A stretch of DNA of 64,000 nucleotides from Vicugna vicugna (Eukaryota), in the NCBI GenBank assembly GCA_013265495.1, contig PNXW01004639.1, forward strand, positions 310,001 to 374,000, read 5' to 3'. Below the pieces are notes generated by a model that searched no databases, was not told the origin of the DNA, and worked only from the letters and a program-made list of their open reading frames with translations. The first letter of the stretch is position 1; the number at the start of each line of letters is the position of its first letter. Below, in pieces: positions 51,926 through 64,000 of the stretch. The position numbers and the translations under genes are program-made.

Positions 51926-52257
51926 AAACACTTCTTAATTCAAAAAATACATGGCGTCAATATAGGTAAAATTGAAAATCAAAACAAACAAAAGCAAAAA
52001 ATAATTTATTGAGATATTAGCCCCAATAGATAAAAAGGTGTGGTTGATTTTGAAAAGCTAACTGGACTTTTGTAGGCTGTCCACCCAGTTTTATGAGATT
52101 AAATTGAGACAATACGTTCACAAGATATGTTATTTAGTCTAAGAGAAAAAAATCCCTTTTTCTTAGTTTGGGTATAAAGACATTAAAGCAGCAGTTAAAT
52201 AAAAAGTAGAGTGTTCAGTTGTTTGGAGATCAATGAGTCAACTGGACACTTGTTTCT

Positions 52258-52770
52258 TTTTCTTTTTTTTATTAAAGTGTAGTTGATTTACAAGGTTAGT
52301 TTTAGGTGTACAGCAAAGCGATTCAGTTATGCATATATATATATATGCATATATTTTTCTGTTCAGGTTCTTATCCATTATATGTTAGTTATATAGTTCT
52401 CTGTGCTATACGGTAGGTCCTTGTTATCTATTTTATACATAGAAATCTATATGTGTTAATCCCAGACTCCTAATTTATTCCTCCGCTGCCCTTTCTCCTT
52501 TGGTAACCGTAGTTTATTTTCTATGTCTGTGAGTCTGTTTTTGGTTTGTAAATAGAATTTGTATCATTTTTTTTTTAGATTCCACACATAAGTGATATCA
52601 TATGATATTTGTCTTTGTCTGACTTACTTCACTTAATATGATCATCTCTAGGTCAATCCATGTTGCTGCAAATGGCATTATTTCATTCTTTTTTATGGCT
52701 GAGTGATATTACATTGTGTGTGTGTATGTGTGTGTGTGTGTGTGTATATCAATATCTATATATCTATCTA

Positions 52771-52801
<31 letters not shown>

Positions 52802-53144
52802 ACACACCAGATCTTTACCCTATCATCTGTTGATGGACATTTACATTGCTTCCATGTCTTGGCTATTGTAAATAGTGCTGCTATGAACATTGGGGTGCAT
52901 GTGTCTTTTCAAATTATAGTTTTCTCTGGGTACATGCCCAGGAGTGCAATTGCTAGATTATGTGCTATTTTTACTTTTTAAAGAACCTCCATACTGTCCT
53001 CCATACTGTTAGCACCAATTTACATTCCCACCAACAGCATAGGAGGGTTCCTTTTTCTCCACACCCTCTCCAGCATTTATTATTTATAGACTTTTCAATG
53101 ATGGCCATTCTGACTGGTGTTAGGTGATACCTCATTGTGGTTTT
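52258..53144 (-). mobile_element. 5'-truncated cetartiodactyl L1 with perfect TSD
   Basis: 13-bp TSD gacacttgtttct at 52245-52257 and 53145-53157, T-rich tail, L1 3' UTR/ORF2 end; compound (TG)n/(TCTA)n at ~52716-52802. Confidence 0.93.
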
Positions 53145-53480
53145 GACACTTGTTTCTAACAGTTAGAACTTTTTTTCCCTCCAATTTATTATTTTCTTCA
53201 TAATGTCAAACTGACATCTCCCACTCTTCATCAGTCTCCCACCTATTCAATCCAGTAGAGATGATTGTTCTGAAAGATATGGATCAGAGACTATTGTGAT
53301 GCACCCTCTGAAATGTTTTGTTACTGAGATTTTCCTCAGAGAATTAAATGTAGAAAATATTGTCTTTATTTTAATTCTGTGCTGTTGTTGAGACGAAAGC
53401 CCCAAACATAGATTGTTACATTTGGAATGACCTAGAAATAGAAACATGAAATTAAGAACTTAGATCTTGATGGATTTAAA

Positions 53481-53697
53481 CAGAGGCTGCCAAATTTCTT
53501 CTATAAAGAGCCAGTTAGTACATACTTTGCAGCCCATGTGATCTGTATCCCAAGTACTTAACTCTGATGTAGCGGTGAGAAATCTACCACCACCAACACA
53601 TAAACGAGCAGCCATGCTTGTGTTTTAATAGCATTTTGTTTATACAAACAAACAGTGAACTGGCTTTGGTTTGTGGGACATGGATTGCCAAACCCAG
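53481..53697. mobile_element. MER58A-like hAT MITE
   Basis: cagaggctgccaaatttcttctataaagagccagttagta...aagtacttaactctg...gattgccaaacccag with AT-rich flanks. Confidence 0.75.
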
Positions 53698-54399
53698 GAT
53701 TAAATATACGTGGGGAGAGTTGGCACTTATATGAACCGTAAATGTTCATATGCTTTCTTGATAAGTCTTTGCTTTCAAGGCTGAGGCCCTTAATGGTTAG
53801 GGAAGCACAGGCTGCTAGTTACTGAATCCACTGAAAGAAATAGATTCCACTTCTGCTTTCTTCCTCCATATCAAATAGGGTTCTTGTGATACTCACAGTT
53901 CCAACTGTCTTTCTGCCAAGGCATCAAAGATTCTCTAGAGCAGCCCTTACTCCAATTCCTCTTCTTGTGAGGGTGCATATGGAAAAGAATAATATTTATC
54001 TAACAGACTTGGTAAATGGGTGAATCTGCTCACGGATGATGGAAAGCAACCTGGTACTCTAGACATCCAGGTCCCTCCTCCCATCCCCAGGATGGACACA
54101 CTGTTACAGGATTTGCCCTAGATGGAGTAATTCGGGAATATTTGAAAAAGAAGATAGAGAATGCAGCTGGCAATTTTGAGTATGTCCTTTAAACTCTAAG
54201 AATTCTTGCTGGATTCTCACTGCCTCCCCAATTCTTTGCAGCCTTGAGCACTGTTAAATTTCTCAGGAAAATAAAGGTTACAGAAGTATCTAGGAATTTC
54301 TGTAGTCTTCCAGGATGACACAATGTCATGATCAATGTTACTGTTCTACTTCTGCTTCCAACTGTTTATGCAACTTTAAGCCATTCATTTAAAACCATG

Positions 54400-54700
54400 G
54401 AATGTATATGCAAAACAGAAACGAGCTCACAGATATAGAAAATGAACTTGTGGTTACGAAGCGGGAGAAGAAAGGGTGGGGACAAATTAGGTATGTAGGA
54501 TTTACATACTACTATCTATAAAATAGACAAGCAACAGGGATATATCGTACAGCATAGGCAATTATAGCCATTATCTTGTAATAACCTATAGTGGAGTATA
54601 ATCTACAAAAATACTGAATCACTATGCTATACACCTGAAACTAATATAATATTATAAATCAACTGTACTTCAATTAAAAACAAACAAACCAACAAAAAAT
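54400..54700 (+). mobile_element. L1 3' end fragment
   Basis: aaaacagaaacgagctcacagatatagaaaatgaacttgtggtt...tgaatcactatgctatacacctgaaactaatataatattataaatcaactgtacttcaattaaaaa. Confidence 0.9.
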
Positions 54701-54974
54701 ACAGGGAGCATTTGTTTCCACTTTTGAAAAGAAACTAGGAAAAACAAGATGCTCTCTAAGGTCTTATTCAGGACTAACATTTATGTGTGAATATTTACTT
54801 TTTAAAATCTGAGATGTCTCTTTTTCTGGGGTCTTTAGTCTTCTGAGCTGTTTGCTCTCATGAACTGTTATTTGTTTATAAAATCATAATGTCCATGCTC
54901 TTGTCTTCTTGTAGAGCACGGCAGACTCACTAGAAGAAAACAATGTACTGTAGCCTCCTATCCCATTAATCCTC

Positions 54975-55366
54975 AGAAATGATATTACACATGCTGCTGA
55001 AACAGACTACCCAACATTTCAGTGGCTTGTCAAGGACAGGCGTGTTTCTCACAGACATTCTGGTCTGTTTATTTAGGTCATGCTGGAGTGTGTCAGAGGT
55101 ACCCTGCTCCATGCAAGCTTTAGGGGATTAGACACCTTTAGCTAGTGGCTCTTAGGGTCTTAGAGTTTTCCACAGATAAAGGAATGGGGAGCAAAGCTAG
55201 GAGATCTGGACATGATATGTGTCACTTGTACCCACATTCTCTTGGCTGAGACTCAGTCACATGGCTCTATGTAACTGTCAGCGAGGCTTGGAGATATAAT
55301 CTAGCTGCTTGCCTAGAGGAAAAGGAAACAGGGCTTGAGAAATAATTAGTATTTTCTCTGCCATAG
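54975..55366 (-). mobile_element. MaLR LTR (MLT1I/J-like)
   Basis: tgctgctgaaacagactacccaacatttcagtggctt...cacattctcttggctgagactcagtcacatgg...aatctagctg...tctctgccata. Confidence 0.75.
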
Positions 55367-56749
55367 CCACCCAAACAAGCTGAATGGATAACTGTGTGTA
55401 CTTCCAAATTGGTGTATCTCATGTCCAAGACCTCCTTGTCATGTTCAAGAAGAAGCACAAACTGAGCCTTAGAATAAAATGCTAGAGGCTGGAATTCTGA
55501 AATGCATAGAGGTAGCCAAGCAGTCAGCCGTGGGACTGGGGCTGAGCTTAGCTCTCAAGACAACACTGTGAGACTGAGAATAACGAATAACAAGAACTCT
55601 CAAGGGGGGCAGCCAAGTAAAGGACATATTGCAGATAGAGTCATGTTTAGTTGTAGAGATTTTACAGACATATATTCAGGTAAACTGCCAGAAATCTAGT
55701 GTTAGAAAACCAGTTTCTATAATAGATCAAATGAAAATGGTTTAAAAAGAACATAATGATTAATTGGTAGGTATTTGACGGATAGGCCCATGTTCTAGGT
55801 CCACACACGTACACCTGCCCCTGCAGACCCTATACCCTCCTTCCCTTCTGTGCTTTCAAATGCAGCTCTCATGCGAAAAATTCTTTATGTCTTTTCCCCT
55901 AGACTGTAGTATTTATGATATATGACATACTAGCACCTTTAGTATAGCAGCTGTTGGGAACATTTTTGAGAATTATGGCTGTAAGCAAAGAAACAGTGTC
56001 CTTTGTGCTTTTAAGGTGGGCTACTTCCAATATTCCTATGTGCTGAAATAAAACAAATGAAAAGGTTAGTACCAAAAGTATACAATCAAATGATCTATAT
56101 AGGTTATTAATGTAAATTACTTAATTTTCAAAGAATGATTGTTTTTTTCAGAAGTATTTTATATTTGTAGTACAGCTGGCGGCCAAAATTTACTAAATTT
56201 CCCTATCTAAAGCGCAAGATACAAACTCATTTGTTATATCTGTAGACATGTATTTAAACCATTTTCTTGTGACTAGATACTTTCACTGAGATGCGTGGAG
56301 CTTTATAATAATGTTCTTTCTCAAAATAACACTTACAGACTCACTCAGATTACTTATAACTCAAGTTATTCTTGATACCTTCAAATAATGCTTACTGGAA
56401 GTGTTCATTTTTTTGTTTTGTTTTTTGTCTTTGACAAAATTGAGATGTCACAGTTGCTTTTAAAACAAAGTCAGCTCACTTACTTAAAACTCACCACAAA
56501 CTATAATCTGCCAGAAAAACTGAGCAGCTGGATTGGTGACATAGGTCCATCAAAAACCTCTGAATCTTCTGAAACAGGCAAAACTTTTGAGAAGCCTGTT
56601 TCCTCCACATCTGTTTTAAACCATTATTTTCTATTCCTGCACCATTTCTTCCAGTGCCACCTGGGTTCTCCCCAGTGCTACGTTCCTCGTCTTCCTTTCA
56701 TTGGTCTATTTTTTTCTTGTGGCAATGATCACCTTTTAAAAGGCAGTAC

Positions 56750-56832
56750 ATATATATGTATGACTGAAGCGTGCTGTACACCAGAAATGGACACATTGTA
56801 AACTGACTATACTTCAGTTTTTTTTTTTTTAA
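56750..56832 (+). mobile_element. very short L1 3' fragment
   Basis: tatatgtatgactgaagcgtgctgtacaccagaaatggacacattgtaaactgactatacttca with agtaca on both flanks. Confidence 0.8.
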
Positions 56833-58519
56833 ATAGTACAGATTGCTTATTGGTCGTGTGAATTGTTACTGTCAGTTTCCCCTCTAACCTGTACGCTCTG
56901 GAATCAAGGAATGTTTTCACCACTGTGTTTCTAAATTGAAACAGGACTCTCACTGCGGTTATTCCTTGTGTAACTCTTTAATAGGATTAGTCTTCTCTTT
57001 GTTCAAAATAACCAACAGCAGCAAAGACTGCCCCCCCACCACCACTGTGGCTTTCTTTCAGATGATAAGTAGCTCTGATGATATAGGCTGCACTCATCAC
57101 AGTTAGAACCTGCCTGTCTGTGTCTAAGGACCTTGAACTCCGCGACACACTATTCTTGCGCGTGCCAGAGTATTATCATTGAACCATTCTTCTACCATTC
57201 TCAGTGTTTCATTAGCACTGCACTTCATTTCAAATTAATTTGAAAAAAAACCCCAAAAACCAAATCATTCCTTTTGAAGTCCTCTCAGATCCTTTTGGAA
57301 ACAAGGCCAATATAAATAAATGCATAAACGTACTGCTGAAATGCTTTCATTTCCCATTTCTGTTATTTGGGATTTTTGCTAAGAGAAGATTTTCTTCTTA
57401 AGAATAGTGTGTCAAGATTGCGTTATTTCAAGGAGGTACAGTGCTGTCCGGGTCTCATGTTTCCCTCATCCACCATTCATTTTTATGCAAATACAAATTA
57501 AATAGTCTTTTTAACAGTGAACACCAAGAGTGGATTTGTGGGGGGTGTTCCCTCCCCAGAGTCCACCAGAGGCCTGCTCACAAGCCGGGAGGAGCCCAAG
57601 GCTCTGCTTTCCCCACCCCTTCAGTGCTGTTTGTCTACTCGACCCCTCTCCCCCCGGAGACTGTCTGTCTCCTTTAGGTTACGGACCAACAGCTCACGCC
57701 ATCTTGCTGTCATGGTACCGAGATCGCCACTGTCATGCCCACAGCAGTAGTTTTCAATTTGACCTTGAAATCTGAAATCAGCATAGTGGGTTAAACCAGC
57801 TTTATTATTTTTAAAATTAAACCAGAACACCATAGTATAGAATAGGACATAGTGGAACCGACTGGCATGGAACAGAGTAGAAGATACCAGCATCGAGCTG
57901 GGTGGTAACACTAAATATTGCTTCATTAACCTGTAATTTCAGTTGTTTAATATCTTTAGTGATACGTGTGTTACGGGGTCAGCAAAGAGCAAGCCATTGC
58001 TCGAATTTAGGAATTCGTCACTCAAAACCTATGATACAGGCTTTAGAGTTTTGCATAAACCCCTTGAAGTTGTATCTGTAGTTGTGCATTTGTGTGTGTG
58101 ATTTTTATGTGTAAAATATATACATAATTTATTTGGCTTTAGGGGCAGAGTCATGGCTTCCATCAGGCTTTCAGGCTGGGCTGTAACTCACACGTTTAGG
58201 AACCTTATCTCTAGGAAGAGGCACTGTCATGAGAAAAGTCCCTGAGTCATAGATGTCTGAACCATTAGCATCCAGAGGGTTTTAGTGTTTCTTTCATGTC
58301 AGGGAAAGCCATATATTGTTGGTTTATTTGTGAGAACTGTTAATCTTGATGAATTTGATTGAGATGAATTTGATTAGGTTATATATTTTAAACAATCTAC
58401 TCTTGTAAAGGTAATGCCTTCCCTGTCCCTTAAAATTCATTCAGTAAAAGCATCTGTTTGATATCGTTCATGTCCAGGCCGTCTCTCTAAACCTCAGGGA
58501 TGCACCGATGTGTAATGAG

Positions 58520-58740
58520 TGTTCGTTCAGGTAGTCCTGGTGCCAGGCAGAGTTCTAGCTGATTTCACACGGCGGTTTTATTTAAGTCCTTGCGCAAACC
58601 TTGCGGGGGAGGTATTATTATCCTTGTATGAGGAAACAGAGGCTTAGGGAATTTCAGGGATGCACACAGATTCACCAGCTTCATGAAAGACGGCGCTGGA
58701 ATGGGACATACGTCTTCTGGTTCTAAGTCCACTTCCAGGA
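58520..58740 (-). mobile_element. MIR SINE
   Basis: gtgccaggcagagttctag...aggtattattatcc...atgaggaaacagaggcttagg...cttctggttctaagtcc. Confidence 0.75.
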
Positions 58741-59359
58741 CGCATGTGAAATGGATGGATTTCTAACGAAGGGGGAAGCCTTTCACTGTGCTGTCATACT
58801 TACCTTGTTTCCATCTTCAGGTTGTCATTAGCACCCTTAGATCAAGTGTGCCACTGTGCTTCATAAATTATCTTCAGTTGATCATTTAAATTAAAATGTG
58901 AAAAGGCACTCTACCAGCAATTACCACCATCAAGCAAGCAAGATACATGGTTTACTCAAAATGATGTAGTGCATCTTCTTGTTTCGCTTTAGAACATCTT
59001 AGAGGTATAAGGAAGAGCCGCAAATTTGTGCTTGTATATTCTGGTTTATGATATAAGCAGTTCATTTTGTCTATGTGTGCTGATTTGTATAATTTTCCTA
59101 TAATTCTCTGTTAGTCTGATATGTCCTTGTTTTACTGCAGGTTTCTTAGTTCAACAAAGTTCGGGAATGATGAAAGAATTGAGCTAGATATAAATGCTTG
59201 ATTTTTGGTGATGTATCATCATCAATTGCAGGAATTATTCCCAATTTCATTATAGATGTTTTAAGAAATTACTGAATAAAAATAATTAGAAGTCACATAT
59301 AGTTTTTTCATTGATTATAAGGATAATCATCACTATGCTAATGGAAATAATTCTTTTCT

Positions 59360-59560
59360 TGGAGTACCAAGATGTAGGCTTGAAACTTGGCTATCTGGTT
59401 CAAAACCTTTGAAACTCTGGGCAAACTGAATGTATGTCTTTATACTTGAGTTTTCTGTTTTGTAAAAGGATTATACTAGCTTCTGCTCTACCTGCCTCAC
59501 CGAATATGAAATAAGATGGTATGTGAGTGCTTTGGAAACTGTAAAGTACTTTAAAGATGT
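59360..59560 (+). mobile_element. MIR SINE
   Basis: ctctgggcaaact...gagttttctgttttgtaaaagg...tacctgcctcac...aaataagatggtatgtgagtgctttggaaactgtaaagt. Confidence 0.7.
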
Positions 59561-62500
59561 ATACGCATGTACACATTTACATGCCAAATGTTATGTTTAT
59601 ATTGCCACATAAAGTTTATATTGTCCTTGACAATAGAATTTTAACCAGCTTATCTTACAATTAAAAGTATATTGATATATACAAAACTTTCTATATCTTC
59701 AAAATAATTATTAAGAAACCTGTCAAGGATATTAAATTCTAAGTCCCTTCCTAGAGCTGTTTTCTAACAACGTCCTGAAGATGGCACAATAACTACACTT
59801 TGGCTCAGACATTAGTAAAGAAGAGGCTTTAAGAAAAATGTATATGCGGTTAAAACACTCAATTTTAAACAAGCCTTTTCTAAGTTTGTGGAAAAGAAAA
59901 TTTTGGAGCTTTTTAACCAATGCCCGTTGTTTTCACATTACAAAAGTCATTTGTTTGATTGTGCCTTGAGGAGTAACGGGTAATTGGTCAGAAAACTGAT
60001 AGAATCTGAGGTTCCTGACAGAAGTCGGGTTAGTTCGCATTGTACCGTGTTATCAACACATTTACCCTTGGAACTGTGAAACAGCCGATGCACTCATCCG
60101 CTATCTTCTGCATGATGTGCAATCTGCACCTAAATGCCAGTTTTTATTAGACACTTTAGGGGGATAAGGGCTGGCAGAGAGAAAAGATTAGCTGAAAAAT
60201 TGTTTTATTAAAATATGAAATACAGTGGGGCCTATTCTGAGGAAAAATGATAACAGGTTGCATTATTTCTGTGGGGTTGTAATACTTATTTTAAAAACAT
60301 TCATCTGCACGAGGCCAGCTTTATATTTTACGACAACGCGTGCTTGGTGAAATCCGCAACTGTGACAATGTATCTGCTGTATTTATTGAGTATCAGACCT
60401 CTGGGTCATTGTTCTCAGCCATCTCTGAGACTTACCTGTTTTCACATGTCACACAGTTTACATACCTACAGCGTGTACAGTGTAGGGTCTCTGCCTTTAT
60501 TTGAAAAGATTTGAAATGTAAATATAGCCAATAATGTACTTCTATGCATTTATATCCAACTATCAGGCATAATTAGCGTTGTGAATTTATTTGTCATGAG
60601 TATAAATCCATATTTACTTTCTTATAGCCTGTTGAATAAATACACAAATGAAAACTTATTTTCACAAGTAAGTTCTTTTCTGAGTGGTTAGACAGAAGAA
60701 CTGGTGTTTTTATGGGTGTTGGCAGATTGTCTCTCACTGGAAGGGAACTCCTTAGCTTAAGCTGTAGAGAACTGAACTTTAGTCCTGACGAAACTGTCGT
60801 TTGATAAGATTTGAATTGAGTGATTTCTTATGCCATTCTGACAGCACTGAGATGCTAGAGTGATGTGAGCAATTCTGACAACTTGAAGCTAATTGCGGAC
60901 TTACTTTGTCCTGAGTCAATATCCAAGACCCCCGAAGTGTTTGGAAATCTAAAGTGATATCGTTTTGGCCATTAGTAAATCATAGAAAAGTCAATACAGT
61001 CCTCCTGGTTGAGATGGAGTCTTATAAAATTAAAGTGACCTGAAATTAAATGAGTGTCTGAAATTTCACCAGTTTATAAAGTTAGAAACTGAAAGTCTTA
61101 AATTTTCCATCAGTATGGAAATTCTCTTCTTGCATTTTTCTTTTGGAATAAACTATTTGCTTACCTAAAATATTTTAGGCCTTTTATGTTCATAATCTTT
61201 AGATAATGAAAATGACATTACACATTCAGAAAATTTTAGATCCTGATGCTTACAAAGACTCTCTCCCAAGTCATCAAAGGAACAATGGATGGTTCAAAAG
61301 TGTCTAAATGCTTATTAACTTGATTGTCAGTAATGTCTCAATTTGACCCAAATAGTGTCAGTTTGACAATATGCTTTTAAAGATGTCTCCATCTTTATGT
61401 TCATATTTGTGAATATACCGTATTGCTGCTGTTAGCAATGTTTTCAAAACTGTCCATTTATGCATGTATCTAAGGATCTTTTCTAGTGTATTTTTCACTA
61501 GTTGTCTCCATTTTAAAGGAGATTTTATTTTAAAGCAATGAGTAAAACCGATGAACAAAGGAAACAAGCTAATAAAGAAAAAAGAAAAGGAAAGTTGAAA
61601 AAAAAAACCCTAACTTTGTAACTTATTTTTAATTGAATCTCAAAGAATCAATCCATTGTTTGGAGAGTCTCAAAAGATTATGAGATATTATTATTTGATT
61701 AAAAAGAAACCTGGCTCCTAAGTCATAATGTTTGTATGTAATTGAATTCAACCTCTTTTTTCTTTCATCGTAGTGTGGCACTTTGTACAGTTGTCAAGCT
61801 GGTGAAACCTTCTGCATCAATATTATAGCACAGCCTATAAATGACCAGTGAACAGACTGATACCTTTTCTTTCAAAGGTGCCCCAAACATGCCACGATAT
61901 CTTCAATAAGTTCTGAGATCCACAGTCTAGAATCCAATGATTTGGAAGAATGTCATATGTTAACTCAAGGAGCAAAACTGAATTAGCAAACATTGGTGCA
62001 CACACACCACAGACTGAACTATTACTCAGAAATCCTGACAAGTGGTGGCTGTAGCTGGGAGGGTGCTGGCTGACCGTGGTGATATCTCATTGTAATTACG
62101 TAGTTGTTCATATTTTCTTGAATAGATTTTAAAACTTGGTTTTCTCTACCTTATATAGGAGATTGGTTGTCATCACCTCCTATTAATAAAACCATATGTA
62201 TTTATAAACAGCATGCTTTTCTAAAATGACCTCTTCTAGTCACACAACAATACGTATCACAAGGTTTCAGGAAACATGAAGAAGGAACATAGCAAGCTTC
62301 AAGGAGGAGTGTTAGAAAATTTACTAGTTTATCTTAATTTTCTTCACTTAATTTGTTTTTAAAACAAACATTATTTCATTTTTAAACTTTTTTTTGGCAT
62401 TGGTTTCTTCTGTAGTATGAAGAGTCTACCTTTAGCATCTTTCTCTATGAAAACAGCAATCTGTAAACTGGATCTATTTTATGGTGTCTTAGGCTACTAT

Positions 62501-63629
62501 CAGTTAGAGAGTATGCCATCTTCTGTTCCAAAAGACTTTAAAATACTAGCCATTTTAATGATTTAGATGTGGCGTTAGGTGAAGAAGAGAAGGTGCTGTG
62601 AATGATTGCCAGAGGTTTCTTAACAGCTTTAAGACTGTGTGATTTTCTGAATGAAGTTTGGGTGTTCCCAAAGCAATACCATTAGTCATGGTAAGTTAAA
62701 TTATTCATATAAGCCAACTCCTGATCTTGTCTAAATAATGCACGCTAGCATGTGTGAAGCTTTAGTAAAGTCAATGTTATGCCCCTTGGCAGAGATAAAA
62801 GGGATGAACTGAAGGAAAGGGACCCCAACTGCATTTGTGAGAGCATCACTAGGAGGCTCAGTGAATGGCTCCTGGTTTCAGTCTCGCTGATGTCTTCTTT
62901 AATCGGTGAAAACTCAGGAATACCCACACCTTCCTTTAGGAACTCTTACTTCTCAGAGAACATTCAGGGACTCCAGTGACAAGCTCACACCAGGTGGCTT
63001 CTCTCACAGTTGGATCAGCATTGCTGCCATATTACTTTGGTCGTCTGGTTTGGGTGGTCGTTGCCAGGAAGGGTGCAGGGCCCTCGTGATGGCTTTGCTC
63101 CCTCTAACTTCTGTCAGTCACTCCCGCTCACCCTGGAGACCAGTACCAGTCAAACCCTTCTCAAACACAGCTGGGATCTTGACACATATGGGTGAAGGGT
63201 ATTTTCTTTGCCCACCCAGTGAAAGATACATAACCTACTCTCTTTCCTTTTTGTTTTAAGTAAGAGAATTAAGAGCTAAACTCATAGACAGTTGAGTAAT
63301 CACTGCCCAGCTGCTGTTTCAAGTACTGTGTCACCCAGCCTCTCTTCCTTCTGTTTCAGCAAATTCATTAAGTCCATTAAACACATCAAGCAGACTCTGC
63401 TTGGTTTTATTCCTTGATGCCTAATTTTGTAAGCTACTCCACGTCCTCGTGGAAATAGGTGAAGTATAATTCTTAACCAAATGGATCTCGATCTTTTACA
63501 CAAGAACTTTAAATGTCTCCCAGTTTTCTACTGTATCAATTCTAAGTTCCTGCGTGCAGTTTACAAGATTCTCTGCTCTGTGAATTTAATCTCCTGCAGT
63601 TTCTCCAAATGCACTTTCTAATTAGGCTC

Positions 63630-63985
63630 ATTTCCTTAAGGTTCTCTGAGGCTGTCATGCTCACTCTCACCTTTGCTTTCCCTGGAGCCAAACATCTTGT
63701 CTCCACTGCTCTTTCTTATTCCGCACTCGTAAATACATCCCACTATTCTGTCCTTTGGGGACAGGGTATAAACCCTGCCTTCTTGATAAAGCCTACCGTA
63801 ATCATTCATGGATCTTCCCCTTTACTATTAAAATTTTCAGTCTCTGTGCTGCAAAAATGTAAGTTATTCATACATTTTTCATCACCTCCTTAACTATAAA
63901 TTACATTTCAGAGTTTTTGTGGGGAGGGCTTATGTCTTCAAATTCTTATGTTTTCCCATAGTGTCTAAAATAAGGTTGAGGACTT
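63630..63985 (+). mobile_element. L2 3' region fragment
   Basis: ctctgaggctgtcatgctcactctcacctttgc...aaccctgccttcttga...gagggcttatgtcttc...tttcccatagtgtcta. Confidence 0.5.
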
Positions 63986-64000
63986 GACTCAGAAAACATT

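Noticed and set aside
59027..59062. pre-miRNA hairpin (tgcttgtatat...atataagca)
   Set aside because: Stem of only about 9 bp and no known mature miRNA recognised
1..64000. Prokaryotic-style novel system (operon, CRISPR, defence island)
   Set aside because: The sequence is mammalian repeat-rich non-coding DNA with no long ORFs or repeat-spacer arrays

Overview
Mammalian non-coding genomic DNA (AT-rich, CpG-depleted), most likely camelid, judged from three tRNA-Ala(AGC)-derived SINEs resembling vic-1 and from cetartiodactyl-type L1 3' ends. I recognise no host protein-coding exon or functional RNA gene, and the supplied ORFs look like chance or repeat-derived frames. The window is a mosaic of old repeats (MIR, L2, L3/CR1, MLT1/MLT2, hAT MITEs, old L1) and younger ones (L1 3' fragments with target-site duplications (TSDs), SINEs, four ERV1-type solo LTRs). 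The most informative element is a deleted ERV1 provirus at ~44.6-47.9 kb (minus strand): 3' LTR, polypurine tract, a decayed env TM segment with an immunosuppressive-domain-like motif and CX6CC, a probable gag remnant and a nested MER34-like LTR. Other notable structures: a twin-primed 5'-inverted L1, a perfect 78-bp tandem duplication, a 38-bp orphan insert between exact 19-bp direct repeats, a minus-strand bias of LTRs, and several repeat-poor candidate regulatory blocks. I found no convincing novel biological system. Repeat family names come from memory of consensus sequences, and boundaries without TSDs are approximate.
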